A stretch of DNA of 63,705 nucleotides from Octopus bimaculoides (lineage: Eukaryota), in assembly GCF_001194135.2 (NCBI RefSeq), contig NC_068984.1:3682472-3746176 (forward strand), written 5' to 3'. Below the pieces are notes generated by a model that saw nothing but the letters and a program-made list of their open reading frames with translations, was not told the origin of the DNA and did not search any database. Below, one piece after another: positions 41,203 through 56,231 of this stretch. Numbering within the stretch: the first letter of the stretch is position 1; every line of letters begins with the position of its first letter. Both the position numbers and the translations under genes were made by a program.

Positions 41203-41819
41203 GCAACAACCTAAAGAAGTCTGGGTGAGACTTTAACACATCACCTGGACATTGATATTGATCAGGATCAGAATTCATAAAAAAACATACGAACAGTTTT
41301 CTGAACATTCATTCACTTTAACAATTTTATATTAAATGATGTGATCAATACAGAAACCTAGATAAGGATTTCTCTAAAATCTGAATTTGAAAGTCTCTTC
41401 AATTAATTACAACAGGAAGGTCCAAAATATAGATGAATAGAAGAGTAAATATGTAGAGGCTTAGTGATTTTGGTGTAACAACATTATTTACAGCAGAGAG
41501 TCAGACAGACAGAAGTGCCATACTTTAGAAGAATCCAGAACTTTATAAATGAATCCTTACAACACCTCTGTCCCCTGTAATATCAGGATGGCAAGAGAAA
41601 CTAATTAAAGGTCTTCATCTCTACTTTCAGCATTTAACAGAGAGACTCTGGTAATGGATAGATAAATAAATAACGACAGAGAATATTAATTAATAATATA
41701 GGGACTGAAATAACAGGGGAGAGGCTAGGAATGACAAAATAGGGACTGAAATAGCCATTCATGAGCTTCAAAAACCATATCTATAGAACCTTAACTGAAA
41801 TTGATCCAATATCAAAATC

Positions 41820-42105
41820 AAATCAAATCAAATGGAAATTGTAGTCGTGACCCTTGTGCCGGTAGCACTTAAAAAGCACAGTCTGAACGTGGCCAATGCC
41901 AGCTCCTCTGGCCCCTGTACTGGTGGCATGTAAAAAGCACCCACTACACTCTCAGAGTGGTTGGTGTTAGGAAGGGCATCCAACTGTAGAAACACTGCCA
42001 GATCAGATTGGAGCTTGGTGCAGCCTCCTGGCTTCCCAGATCCCAGTCGAACCGTCCAACCCATGCCAGCATGGAAAACGGACGTTAAATGATGATGATG
42101 ATGAT
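41820..42105 (+). mobile_element. Retroposon family D (GGAAGGGCATCC motif, (ATG)n tail; V-domain-like SINE or RTE 3' end)
   Basis: The core reads gagtggttggtgttaggaagggcatcc...aacccatgccagcatggaaaacggacgttaaatgatgatgatg. About 18 full or partial copies occur, for example at 2095, 2228, 4346, 4946, 6006, 12620, 23300, 29463, 32965, 34080, 35745, 47790, 50040, 53036, 55925, 60000 and 61500. Confidence 0.85.
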
Positions 42106-43849
42106 TTAAACTTCTTCCAGAAAACTATGGTTTGTACAGAAGTCAGTTGTTATTGTTTAATCCTAGCTAAATCCTGATTAAGCAGACTAATGATCAAAAA
42201 TGTTCCAGTTAAGACGATTTTGATTTCTTTGTCACACACACACACAATGTATCAAAGACTATATTATCCTATGTGCTTGTGGGTTTTTTTGTAGTTTAAG
42301 TGACAATATAAAAACCCACTGACTAGCTGATAAAATGTCAAGTATAGAATAAAGGTGTGTGAGAGAGAGAGAGAGAGAGAAAGGGAGGAGGAGCTGATTA
42401 CTCCACAAACTATAAAACTTCCTGTTAAAAGAAACAGAAGGGGCCATGTACAGTGAAGCTGATTGCAAAATTAAAGTTTATTGTAGTTTCAAAACTTTGT
42501 GTAAAAGATATACCAATGACAAACTGTGAGAGTGTGTGTATTTCATAAGGAAAATACAAAGAAAAGGGTCACGGCTCCTTCTACAGGAGTGGGTGGAAGG
42601 AGTTATCCAACGACAAAATGTGTGTGTGACTGAAAGAGTTAATGTACGTGTGAAAATATCAATATACGAATGAAGTGAAGTATTTATTTGCAGTTAAGAA
42701 ATAAAGTAATGTGGTCTGGTTTTACCTGAGGTGAAATTGAAGATCAAAATGAGAATCAAAGACAAAAGAAAACAAATTAATTATTAAATGATGGATGTAC
42801 ATACAGATATATATATATATCCATATACACACACACATTCACAAATACATACATACATATATATANNNNNNNNNNNNNNNNNNNNNNNNNNNNNNNNNNN
42901 NNNNNNNNNNNNNNNNNNNNNNNNNNNNNNNNNNNNNNNNNNNNNNNNNNNNNNNNNNNNNNNNNNNNNNNNNNNNNNNNNNNNNNNNNNNNNNNNNNNN
43001 NNNNNNNNNNNNNNNNNNNNNNNNNNNNNNNNNNNNNNNNNNNNNNNNNNNNNNNNNNNNNNNNNNNNNNNNNNNNNNNNNNNNNNNNNNNNNNNNNNNN
43101 NNNNNNNNNNNNNNNNNNNNNNNNNNNNNNNNNNNNNNNNNNNNNNNNNNNNNNNNNNNNNNNNNNNNNNNNNNNNNNNNNNNNNNNNNNNNNNNNNNNN
43201 NNNNNNNNNNNNNNNNNNNNNNNNNNNNNNNNNNGTGTAGAAAGTGGGGGACGGCTGAACATGGAACAGGAATTATTGAGAAGAGGGGAAAGAAGAGAAG
43301 AAGTCTGTGAAAAGGAGAGGGGGAGAGAGAGAGAGAGATGGGGGGGGGAGTGCATCCAGAAAGACCAGTAGTTTATGTAAAAATAATGAAGAGAGAGACT
43401 ATCAAGTGAAATGGAAAAGATAGGAGGAAATGAGGTTGGGTGGGGGGACGGGTGCTAGGGGGGGGTTGACAGAATATTGGTAAATATGGTGACAGGTTGG
43501 TATAGGGGCAAGGAAGGTGAAGAAGGGGGCGACAGCGGTGGTGGAGGAGGAGAAGAAGAAGAAATGGTAATGAATAACAGGACATTTGAAATATAAGAAG
43601 AAAATATAAGTACAAAGTAAAGCAAGTGAAATGAAGAGCAGGGAGGCATGATAGAGAGTAAGATGAGACGAAGAGCAAGTGATGTGGAGAGGCAACGCGA
43701 AAAGAATGAGAATAAAAGAATGAAAGAATAGGAGAAACCAGTCGGTAAAACATTACAGAATATATTAAAGGATAAGTAAAATAGGAAGAAAATATATACG
43801 AGTCAAAAAATCATAGAGGGGGGGAGGAAAAAATTGAATCGGGATGAGA

Positions 43850-43935
43850 GAGAGAGAGAGAGAGAAAAGGGGAGAGAGAGAGAAAAGGGGAGAGAGAGAG
43901 AAAAGGGGAGGGAGAGAGAGAAAAGGGGAGAGAGA
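43850..43935. repeat. Polypurine tandem repeat with ~18-bp unit (GA)nAAAAGGGGA
   Basis: About four copies are visible within a long purine-rich stretch (43235-43950). Confidence 0.85.
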
Positions 43936-44370
43936 AAGGGGACAGGGAGAGCGAGCGGAATAATACAATGGCTGTGATTTATTTCTTTGATAACTGTTAT
44001 CCCCACCACCACCACAACCACTACTACTACTACACCCCATCATCACAAAAATGATATTTCAACACATAATGGTGGAGGTGGAGACAGTGGTGATGGTGGT
44101 TTAGGCCTGGACAAGATGAAAGGCAAACCCTCTATCTTTACCATCTTACTTACTCTCCCTTTTTCTGTTGTTCTCTCACTCCAAAACTACTTCTGTGGCT
44201 GATAGACCAACACATTAATATTCTTATCTCTAATTTCATTTAACAAAGTCTCATTTAGTCAAATTACCAATGAGAAACTTCAAGTCGATCAGTCGTATTC
44301 TTTTCTTACTTTTTTTTACTTCATCATGTTTATATTTCAAATCATTTACTGCTCCTCACCACCCCAGTTC

Positions 44371-44413
<43 letters not shown>

Positions 44414-45235
44414 TACACACACAAATATCTTGTTAGAGATCAATATCCTAGCACTTATGCTCAGTCAGCGAGCTAACTGAAAACATCAGAAATAATGAAG
44501 TTTTTTTAAGAATCAGCAAAAGAATTAATAATATAATAAATACATAGGAAATAAAAATTAACCAAAAAAAAAAAAAGAAAAAGGTGGGGGACAAATGTTG
44601 TCGTATATTTAAAATATAATGGATATCCAATATTACATACAGCAGAAATGTATAGAGATTTACTCATACAGATATCAATTTGTACACAAACACACACACA
44701 CACACACACACATATACGAGATATCTCATTACTATGATTCAGTATTTAACAATATATTCATGACTAAATGCTGCAATGCTTATGGGACACGTGATATCTA
44801 CAGAGATAAATGCTTATAAACCTAGAATTTGGAGGCATTTTGTTTTTTTCTCAGATTCAGTCACTGGATTGTGGCCATAATGGAGCACTGCATTCACAAG
44901 ATCTCTTATCTTTTATTATTATTATTATTATTATTCTGATCCTAATACCTATATTGGTCAAAGTATCTTTAGAAAATAGAAACCAATAAAATGTGGGCTG
45001 GTCAGTGAATTTCTCCAATCACACTTTATAAACATAACGCAAGAAAGAGAAAGAGATAGTGAAAGAAAGAGGGAGAGTGTGAGTTAACATAAGAGACACA
45101 GGATGATTGTACATGTATGTTGACTTGTCTGCCATCCAGTCTACATACTAGACTTGGTGGCAGGCAATGAGTAAATGAATGTTACACACATAAACACAAT
45201 AAGAATGAATCACAGAGACTGAGAAAGAGGACAAG

Positions 45236-45267
<32 letters not shown>

Positions 45268-45673
45268 GAGAGAGCATGTGTGTATGTGTGTGTGTGTGTG
45301 TACATGCGAACTTCCTTAATATAAAATCAATAGAGTAATTTTTGCTTTCAAACTTTCATTACTTTTTGAATATTGCTTTATTTTATTTTATTTTAATGCA
45401 ATAAATATTTTTTTTCTTCTGAAAATTAATATTCACTTCATCATTCTACAAAGCACCGAGAAATTTGATAAAAGTTAAATTATAATTATTGTATGTATGT
45501 CATATTTCCTGATATCACCCAGGGTGGCAAAAGTATACTCCCAAAAGTACCCAGCATATGACAATATATATACACACATACATATATATACATATATATA
45601 TACTTATAGACACATATATACATATACACACACATACACATATATATATACTTATAGACACTTATATTCATAT

Positions 45674-45765
<92 letters not shown>

Positions 45766-45775
45766 TATATATCTA

Positions 45776-45865
<90 letters not shown>

Positions 45866-48586
45866 GATTGATTGATATTTTATGAGAGGCTAACTTACCT
45901 TTTCCACACAACACCAGTTTTAATCAGCAATGAAAAGTTGACACATACATCCATATGAGAGAGAGAGACACACACATACACACACACACACGGAAATGGT
46001 CAGTCATCTACTGATGTCAGAAGAAAGAAAAGCCATGAGAACCATTGTGTAAATGAATTCCTGCAAGAAATGTTTGAGGAATGTGGCTCTTCAAACAAGT
46101 TGCTGTTGATGATTGGCTGCTGTTTTGTTAAATTTGTTTTCAAGAAAAAATAATTATTGAAATTAGAAAAAAAAAGTTTTATGTATGTATTTTGTAATAA
46201 CAGAAATAAAACTATTGACATAAACATAAACCCACATATTCTTCAAGATTATTATGGAATTTAGTAGAGAGAAAACTGGTTTCAGTATCAAATCTATGTT
46301 GTAGTCAATATGATAACTAAACTATAGTTACAGATACCAATGCGTATGTCTACAACATTTAAATCTCTCTCTCTCTCTCACTTCTTTTTTCTTTCTCTCT
46401 GTTAAATCTTCAGTTACCTTTTTATGCAGCAGTGACCTAACACCTGTTCTTTCATTTCATTTGCTCAAATTGTTAAACTCCAAACATAACATGATTTTTT
46501 CTTTCTTTTTTTTTTTTATCTTTTTTTAATAAGAAATGGCAGCTTTAGAGGAACAAAGTTACACAACAAGTTATTGATGAAGTGTAAATTACTAAATCTC
46601 CACAAACACACCATTTTATCACGTTGAAACTACTAATGTTTATTACATCCTGGTAACTAACAACTTTAAAGTGTAATACGTCCATTCTCTCTCTAGGGAG
46701 GTATATAGAAAAACAACTCAACAGAATTGATGATTCAAACTTTGAAATAATGTTCAATCTGATACTGATATTAGCTGTAATAGATTTCAGAATGGATAGT
46801 GGTACATTCCATATTACAAGAAACTGTATAGAAAACCAACATTTGAAATAATTTAGAATTGTTAATTAAATAACCCTGACAAATCTTCAGTTTACATAGA
46901 ACTGATAATTGTTCAATATAGGACACCAAATTTACTTTGAACAACTTTGGAATCAATATTACAGAAAACTGAAGTTTCAGCTTCCAATATAATCTCTGTC
47001 TGTATGTATGCATACACACATAAATGCATGCAAACATACACACACATATATGCCACAGAACCTCTCAAACCCAGAAACCGTTAACCAATTATTACCATAA
47101 AATAAGATTCCGAATGAAGACAATCAATGCAATATCAATCACCTTAAATCATGAACCCTTAAACATGTTCAACCTTACAAGAATTAAGGAACCTCAAGAT
47201 ATATAATATTCACAGAGAACAGACATATTAAATATATATTCCTATCATCAGCTACCTAACGTTTATCACTATGGTTTTGACACCCAGGCAATATCATTCT
47301 ATCCAGTGGTGTCAGCAGCATTAAAACCATAAACGCTGCCTGGGAATTAATAGTGAAGTAGCAGGAGTGAAATATTAGTATAATATGATGACTATTGCAA
47401 ATGCCAACATCAAATATGAACAAGATTGCATTATACATATTATACTGGTATTTCTTATGATCTGCACCCCCACCCTAATTCATTACTCACTACATTAACA
47501 TCAACCTCCACCTGTTTACTCCCCACTCACACTCTTATAAAAACATCCACTCTCTCATCCTTTCTCATATTCCACTGTCCATACACACTCTTATGCCTAC
47601 CTTCTTGTTCCTTGATAGTCTGCCCTAGAACCCTATCAACCCCACCACTAGCCACTTCTTATCCCCCTTCAGCCATAAATCCCTTCTGTAGCAAGATGCC
47701 TGTGCTTGTTCCTCTCTTCAATCCCTAAATACTTCTTAACAGTGAGAGTTTTTTTCTTCAACCTTTTCCTGTTCCTTTCTGCCTTACAAGTTGCATGGTA
47801 ATGTCATTAGTGCCAGTGGAAGGGGAAAAGGACCCAATCCACTTTGTAAAGTGATTAGTATCAGGAAGGGCATCCAGCTGTTGAAGCCATGCCAAAGATG
47901 ACAATGAAGCTTGACTCAGCATTGCAGCTCATTGGTTCCCTGTTAAACAGTCCTACCAATATCAGCATGGAAAGTGAACATTAAATGACGATGATTGTGA
48001 CTTATTCTATATATACGAAGGCCACGTCCTTGTTCTTGAGTATCACCATCACCCAAAGTGCCTCAGAATTGCCTCATATGTGAGCAGCATGGGTGTGGCA
48101 TTTCAAGTCAGCCAATGATCCATACTCTTCTGCACAGATGTTACAAACATCGATTGATCACAAATAACATGATCCACATGTCTGTCATCCACATGTCTGT
48201 CATCATACACTTTCATGTCATGTTTCAACCCCACCCCCCATGATAGGCAAGCCATACCACATTCGTGGCATGTTGTTGTGCTCTGTATGCTGCAATCCAA
48301 ATCAACTCTCATTGTCATTTCAGTCCTTTTCTGTTGAAGCAAACTCCCCCACTCTCATCACATATCAGCCTACTCCTGTGATCCCATATTTCCCAAAAAT
48401 ATTACATCCACACCCTTTCTAGCATCCCTATTCAACCTCTCACGATTTCTTCAAGCTATTTCAAAGTTTCCACTTCTGCCATATACTACCTTCCACCATC
48501 TTACCCAGACAGTACCGATTTCTTCCCATTCTTTTCCAAGATCTTAGACTCTTCACCAATGTTTTTATGCAGTCCTTGAACCTCAG

Positions 48587-48624
<38 letters not shown>

Positions 48625-49652
48625 CACACACACACACACACAAAGAGCTAGAATAGCGACCTAACTATGAACTTCAACTCAGACCAATACATTCATCTGT
48701 CATTAGATAAATATAAAAATATACCCAGTAAGCTCAAATTTTGTATTGCTCTTGACTATTCAATAATTTTGTCCAGGATAATTGGTGTTTAAAGTCATCA
48801 AATTCTCTCACTAGTAGCAGCACAATGCTAATATAATGTTCAATCATAGAGAAAAAGTAAAGAATTTGTAAATGTATAGAAGTAAAGACCTACATCTCGA
48901 ATGAAGCTTAGATAGAAAAATGTTTTGTCAAGTTAGACATGAAATTCCAGACAGTAACGAGTTGAAGTAAATTCCATTCAGAGAATTTAACAATTTGAAG
49001 ATGTGTAACTAATAACTAATAATTTAATAGCTTAAATATAAAATTGAATGGTTAAGTCATTGAGCAGACATGTAACTGTGAAGAACTGAGAGAATTGGGA
49101 GTTGGAGGTAAAATAAGGTAATGAAAGATTTTAAGAAGAAACATTTCAATGTTAAAATTTCGGGAGTCGGTCAGGGAGATTCATCGATGTACATGTAATT
49201 ATGTCTCTTTACTTAATAGTAAAACCATAAAGTTCCCCCCATTTGCTCTGGCTCCCGTTTAAGCAATGTTACTCATAAAACTTTACTGGATTATTTCCAG
49301 TTTGTTGATAGGAACCAAACACTGAATCAATCTCTCTTCCCTCGCACCTCCCCCCCCCCACATCTCTGTTACAAGGATGAAGGTGATTGTGCTGGATACA
49401 CCTTGGTGTATATTGATTTTATTTTGGAGTTGCCGCGCTCTCTTGGATGGCTTGCTTTCATGATAGCTTGACAAGCCATATCTCATCTTTATGGAGATGA
49501 GTAAAACTGAAGACATTACTTGTAGCTGCTACAAAAATGTTACAAGAGTATATTTTTGCAACATAAAGAACAATAAAAATAAACCAGAGAGAGAGACAGA
49601 CAGACAGAGTGAGAATTACATGTATATTCACACACAAATATGCATATGTATG

Positions 49653-49689
<37 letters not shown>

Positions 49690-50039
49690 CTAAATGCACA
49701 CACACTAAGCTTTAACTGTTTCTTTAGAGTAAATAGAATAAAGCAAAAAGAATATGAAGGCATTGTTTATATACTAAAGTGCTCATTTTTAATTAAAATA
49801 TTATTAAATAACATCTAAATGTCTAAGTATTTATAACAGCATCAGATATGAAAGCTATGATGTTTTTGTTACATTTTGGTACTTTTACAAGAGAATCTTG
49901 AAACCATTTCAAACATTAAATGGTCAACTTCAATCAGTGACTGGATTATTTCTCCATTTCTTTCACTGTCAACTGAATCGCATAACCAGCCTGTTTAAAA
50001 GTAGCCGTGAATCATCAGGTGATACTCTGTGCTTGAGAA

Positions 50040-50356
50040 GACCTATTGAGTCAAATAAAATCAAAATCATAGTCGTGGCCGATGCCAGTGCCGCCTGACT
50101 GGCTCCTGTGCCAGTGGCATGTAAAAAGCACCATCCAAACATGGTCGATGCCAGTACCACCTGACAGGCTCTCATGCCAGTGGCACATAAAAAAGCATTC
50201 ACTGCACTCTCAGAGTGGTTGGCATTTGGAAGGGCATCCAGCTGTAGAAACCTTGTTAGATCAGATTGGAGCCTGGTGCAGCCTACTGGTTTGCCAGTCC
50301 TCACTCAATCTGTCCAACTCATGCCAGCATGGAAAACAGCTATTAAACGATGATGA

Positions 50357-50360
<4 letters not shown>
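50040..50360 (+). mobile_element. Family D retroposon with duplicated internal TAAAAAGCA unit
   Basis: Two gatgccagt...gccagtggca(t/c)...aaaaagca units precede the GGAAGGGCATCC core and the (ATG)n tail. Confidence 0.85.
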
Positions 50361-50396
<36 letters not shown>

Positions 50397-50605
50397 ATAT
50401 ATGCTTACTGTATACCATGGTCACAAACACTCAACTATTTCAATGTACAGGATTAGTTAATAGATCAGAACCTCCGCTCCTAAGGCAAGATAGAAATAAG
50501 GTTAACAGATTAACAAGGGAACAATTGTCAACATATCGCCACAGGTAACCATTACCTGTGTGAAACTCTATTTATTCTGGAGACATTCTATCATTTTATT
50601 TATTA

Positions 50606-50640
<35 letters not shown>

Positions 50641-50962
50641 TATAGGTTTGGTGGAACAAATAGAACTCAATAGATGATTGAGTGAACAACATTTTCAAAC
50701 TCTTTTGTACACCTAACTATGGAACCAAACTCTCATAACTTATCACTAGAAAGTCTTTCATGACTTTCTACTGATTAAAAAACAAGGAAAATGTATCATC
50801 ATAATTCAATGTTTAACTTTCACTCTGTGTGTGTGCATGAGAGAGAGAGAGAGAGAGCAATTGAAGGAGTTTTAGCACCAGAAAGCAATCTTTATATCCA
50901 ACTTAATGTCAATGTCTTGTTAAAATGCTACATGATGCAGTATAAGCCTCAAGAGGTCTTCT

Positions 50963-51444
50963 CATGTAGATACTTGATACATAAAGCACAGACATATATC
51001 ACAGCAGATGAGAATTATCTGTTATGGGTGCTAGAAAAATTGCATCATGTGATTTCTGTGTACAGGACTTCCTCAGTGGCAGGATTTGGCTTCTTCTGTG
51101 TCTCACTGCCAACAGTATATACAATTTCAGTGTCTCTTCAGTCACTTATGTTGCAAATAGTCAGCAGGTTTACTGAAAAATGATTATTAACAACAGAAGT
51201 CTTTTAGTACTAATACTGCTTCTGTTGCTAATAATTATTTTTTAATAAGCCTGCTGGCTGAAAAGACACAGATATTTTACATGGTGGCAGTGAGATTTTA
51301 CTGGTTTATAGTCACCAGATGCCAGCCACTGATGAAGTCCAGTAGACTGAAATCATATGATGAGATAGTTCTGGCATCCATAACAGATGATTCTAATCTG
51401 CTATAACATATGTTTGTGCTTTTATACATGCAAATATATACATG
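50963..51444. repeat. ~480-bp imperfect palindrome (fold-back)
   Basis: The arms align in inverted orientation from catgta (50963) / tacatg (51444) inward to the central TTAGTACTAA (51204-51213). Identity is about 82% over the 88 columns I counted (51003-51089 vs 51315-51402). Confidence 0.9.
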
Positions 51445-51618
51445 CGCACACACACAAAATAGGTTGCTTCAGTTTCAGTCTAGCAAATTCACTCACATGG
51501 TTTTGATTTGGTGAAACCTAGAAGAAACTTGCCTAAGGTATTGCAAAGAGGGACTAGCTTCTTAACCAGAATCATGCCTGAGCACATACATATATATATG
51601 TGTGTGTGTATATATATA

Positions 51619-51858
51619 CATTAATCCCTCGACTATCGTGGGAATTATGTTCCAAACCCCTACAATAAGGTAAGAATCCACGAAGTAGAAACAGTACTGT
51701 ACTGTATATATATTTCTTTTATTATTTTTATAATTTGTATATATTTACTTTATTATAAATGCAAAACAACACCACGGAGGAATCGACCTAAGCTTAAATA
51801 ATAAACCATGATAGGTGAACCCACAGTAGGTGAACCACAATATGGCAAGGGATTCCTG
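51619..51858. mobile_element. pogo/Tigger-type MITE
   Basis: The ends CATTAATCCCTCGACTATCGTGG and CCACAATATGGCAAGGGATTCCTG are imperfect inverted repeats in a TA-rich context. Confidence 0.6.
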
Positions 51859-51859
51859 C

Positions 51860-51890
<31 letters not shown>

Positions 51891-52321
51891 CACACCACAC
51901 CACACGTGTGTAAGTCTATTGTACAGAGTTTAATACTTAGATGTGCATTTCAATTTTAACAAAGCAAAACAAAAGTACAAGTGGAAAGAGTTGTCAGACA
52001 GAAAGAGGAATATTTATTGAAAATGCATAAAACTGAAGTGATGTCAACGCCACCATTTTTAACCCATGAAAGTTCATCCTTTAAATAGCTTAACCAGAAC
52101 CATGTCCCTCCATCTCCATGCACACAAATTAAGAGATACACATACACAAGTGTATGCAGAATATTATAAACACATGCCCACACACACACACATAACAAGA
52201 AAAGGAGTTTAGTTTTGTTGCATGTTTGCCAAGCAACACCTGAACAAATACATCTCACATTGCGATGTTAGTCAATAAGCACACCTTCATATTTATTTAT
52301 ACACTTACACTCTTTCCCTCT

Positions 52322-52352
<31 letters not shown>

Positions 52353-52455
52353 CCACCCACGCACACCTTCTCTACACTTCAGGCTCTGTATCAAATGAAT
52401 TCATTAACTTGTGTTATTTTCACCTGAAAATATTTCTTTAAGCTAACACTGTCAA

Positions 52456-52502
<47 letters not shown>

Positions 52503-53001
52503 TATTATTATTATCATTATTATTATTATTATTAATATTATTATTATTATTATTGGCAGCTATAAAAGAGTGTAGGACATGATGTGTTTGGTATTTGGTT
52601 TGTATATAACTGTTGTAAGATTAAATATCACAAGGGTCACCACTGCACCAGATACAACCACCACCAACACCATTACTACCACCACTACTACCTCTGTTAA
52701 CTGCCACCACAGCTACCAGTATCAATTACCATCACCACTATGGTCATCACCATCGCTGCCATCGTCATCATCATTTCTATTGTGTTATGTATTCAATAAT
52801 ACTACATATGATATAAACAATACCAACTTTAGGTATTAAATATCACTTTAGTCATGTTAAGGAAGCTATATCCTTTTGGCAACACTGTACACTTGCAACA
52901 GCACTGTACACTGTCGGTAACCTGATACACAGCTGGTCATCAAAGCAATACTGAAGATTTCCTTTTTCAAAGATACAGTATTGGATCTATAACACATCAC
53001 A

Positions 53002-53034
<33 letters not shown>

Positions 53035-53035
53035 A

Positions 53036-53900
53036 TCATCATCATTTAACATCCGCCTTCCATGCTGGCATGGGTTGGACAGTTTGACAGAAGCCGGCCA
53101 GGAAGAAGCCTGCACCAGACTTCTGTGTCTGTTTTGGCAGGGTTTTTACGGCTGGATGCCCTTCCTAACACCAACCACCCAACAGAGTGGACTTCGTGCT
53201 TTTTATGTGGCACAAGCACAAGCAAGGTCAGTTTTGGCATGGTTTTTACAGCAGGATGCCCTTCCAAATGCCAACCACTTTACAGTGTGGACTGGATGCT
53301 TTTTATATGGTAGTAGCACTGGCAAGGTCACCAAGTAACTTGCAAGACAAATATCCTTTGAGAGGGGAGGGGGCATTGGAGGGAGGGGATCTTGTGTCAA
53401 ATGATGAAAGATTATGGTGAGACAGATACAGGTGTCTTGCAGCAAAGGAGGTATATGGTTACCTGGCCAGAGAGAGAGAGAGAGAGATTGAGCGGGATGA
53501 GAGCAGAAACAGGTGTGCTGCTATAAAGGAGATAAATGGTTACCCAGCCCAAGGGAAGAGCAGGAGAAGGAGAATGAGAGTGGGAGACAGCAAGAGTACA
53601 AAAGAGAGCAGGAGAGAGATGGTGGCAAAGTGCTGGGCATACTCACAAGGAACAGAGCATAAATGGGATCAAGTAAAAGTAGAGAGAGATAGATGGTAGC
53701 AAGGGGCAGGGCATACCTTTGGGGTAATAATATAAGTGGCAGGACGTTGCCAAAGAAACGCAAATAGAGAGTGGGAGAGGGGAATGAGTTGTGAAAAGCT
53801 GGGTATATTGAGGAGATGGGGGGGGGGCTACTGGATAGCAATGATGCAGTGAACAGGGCCATGAGGACAAGATTGAGGAGTGAGAGGTAAGCATATTGCA
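53036..53900 (-). mobile_element. Long family D copy with two GGAAGGGCATCC domains and a pyrimidine-rich upstream leader
   Basis: ggatgcccttcc occurs at ~53154 and ~53254. The purine-rich plus-strand stretch 53350-53900 corresponds to a pyrimidine-rich leader on the minus strand. Similar leaders precede the copies at 33800-34270 and 47430-47995. Confidence 0.7.
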
Positions 53901-54261
53901 TGAAAGAGGAAATGTGAGGAAGTGATGTAATTTGGTTTGTTGAGGTAGGGTGTGTGTGAAAAGTTTTCTTGTTACATGTGGGTGGAACACGAAGTGCTTG
54001 TGGAATGCACAGTGCTTCGAGAACTCAGTTTCACTGACGTGGGTGGGTCTTGTCAAGAACCTCATAACACCAGACATATCAGTCCATTGTCATTTCAAAT
54101 ATACACACATATATATACACTGTATATGCAGGCATGCAAGATGCGCTCTTCTTCTATTCTTGAATGTAACAAACAATAGTCAAGCATTTAATGTGATTAT
54201 AATAATGTGAATGCTATGTCAAATGTACAAGTGTATGGTGAACCTTATTAAATTTGTTTTT

Positions 54262-54336
54262 TTCCACAAGATATAATTTTAAATTAGGGGTGTGTCTTAT
54301 ACAAGAATGCATCTCATATACTGACAAATACGGTAT
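54262..54336. mobile_element. Isolated pogo/Tc2-like transposon end
   Basis: The sequence ...tgtcttatacaagaatgcatctcatatactgacaaatacggTA resembles a TA-CCGTATTT-type TIR. No matching partner end was seen. Confidence 0.35.
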
Positions 54337-54776
54337 ATACATAATTGACTGTTCCACTATTGGTGGGATCAACAAAAAGTCCTTGATCCAGTAAGAGATA
54401 AATATCCTTTAACACACACTGTATTCAAATTCAAGCTGCTATTGGTTTCAGGCATGAAACCAATGGTAGTGTGTGCTTGTGCACATATTTGTACCCTGGT
54501 AGTGACATCATATGATGGATGGAAACAAAATCACCATTGTACAAGTTATGTTGCCCATTTCTACATTGCCCATGACAAAATGTCTGGCCTGTATGAAAAA
54601 TTTCCTTGCTTGAAAACAGGTGAAGGTCAGTGACAGGAAAGGCATTAATGAGTTCTGTCTGAACAAACATGGGAAAGAGGAGGTTCAAATGATGATGACA
54701 GTAGTGATACATACGTATTTATGTCTATGCACATGTATGTATTTTATATATGCATTTATACATCTATCTCACCCTC

Positions 54777-54846
<70 letters not shown>

Positions 54847-56182
54847 NNNNNNNNNNNNNNNNNNNNNNNNNNNNNNNNNNNNNNNNNNNNNNNNNNNNNN
54901 NNNNNNNNNNNNNNNNNNNNNNNNNNNNNNNNNNNNNNNNNNNNNNNNNNNNNNNNNNNNNNNNNNNNNNNNNNNNNNNNNNNNNNNNNNNNNNNNNNNT
55001 ATATATATATATATATATTAATGATTCAAAAAGAGTTATAAGTTGCGAATCCAACCAACTAACGGTTTATATCTATCCAATATACTGCTGGTAGAATACA
55101 CAATTATTATTACACTAGTGTTTTTTCATTGCATGGCAATTACATTACTGAATGTAATAAATGGGCAAGGGTAAAAAGTTGTTTTACCCTTAATTTATAC
55201 AGCAATAAGAAAATGGAGGGGATCCAGAGGTGGTATTCATCAACTTTTAAACATTGCTTTTAGACATTGCTATTACTTTGAAAATTTTTCTGTGAACCTA
55301 AAACCTGAAAATTTCAAGTAAAAAGAAAAATTTTATAAAGAAAAGCAACATGAGTGCTTTTGAAATGATAAAATAAATATAAACATCAACAGAGGAAATT
55401 GAAAGATATTCTAGTTTCAAACCCAGACAGTAACCACTGGCTACTCAAAGGGTCACAAACTAAAGAGAGGAATATGTTCATGTTCCAATTGTTGCTGTTT
55501 TCACTGTTGATATATTTTATCATTGAAGGTAAACTAAGTAGTTTTAATATCAAGGCTAAGGTGATGAACAAGTGGAATTGGTAGCAGGGAAGGGAAACAG
55601 TTTTCCTTCCAATTTACTACATTTAGAGTTTGAATCCCAACAAGGTCAACTGACCTTTACAGCCTTTTGAGGTCAAGCAAATAATGTAGGCTTGAAGTAC
55701 TGCGATTGACATAACTGACCACTAAAATTGCTGCTGTTGAGCCAAAATTTGAAATTGTTAATATCAAAGGTGATACGATATTGAAAGATGACGGGATATG
55801 GGCAGGTAGACACATATCACCTTGACTCTATGTGTGTGTGTGTGGAGGGGTGTATAGAATAGATAAATGTTATAGCTATAAAATGTATGTGTGTGTGTGA
55901 TTATAGATATATGTGTGAGTATATATCATCATCTTCATCATCATTTAGTGTCCATTTTCCATGCTGGCAAGGGCTGGACGGTTTGACAGGGGATGTTTTA
56001 GCAGGGTTTTTACAGCTACAGGCCCTTCATAATACAACCTCTTATATATATATATTCATCCCAAATGTTCATCTATCGGAAACTTTTATAGATGATGGCA
56101 TAGCTGGCCAACACTTCAAAGTCACTGTCAACACTATTCTTATGAAAGAACTTAATGTAAAATTGTTTTATTATAACAAATA

Positions 56183-56231
<49 letters not shown>

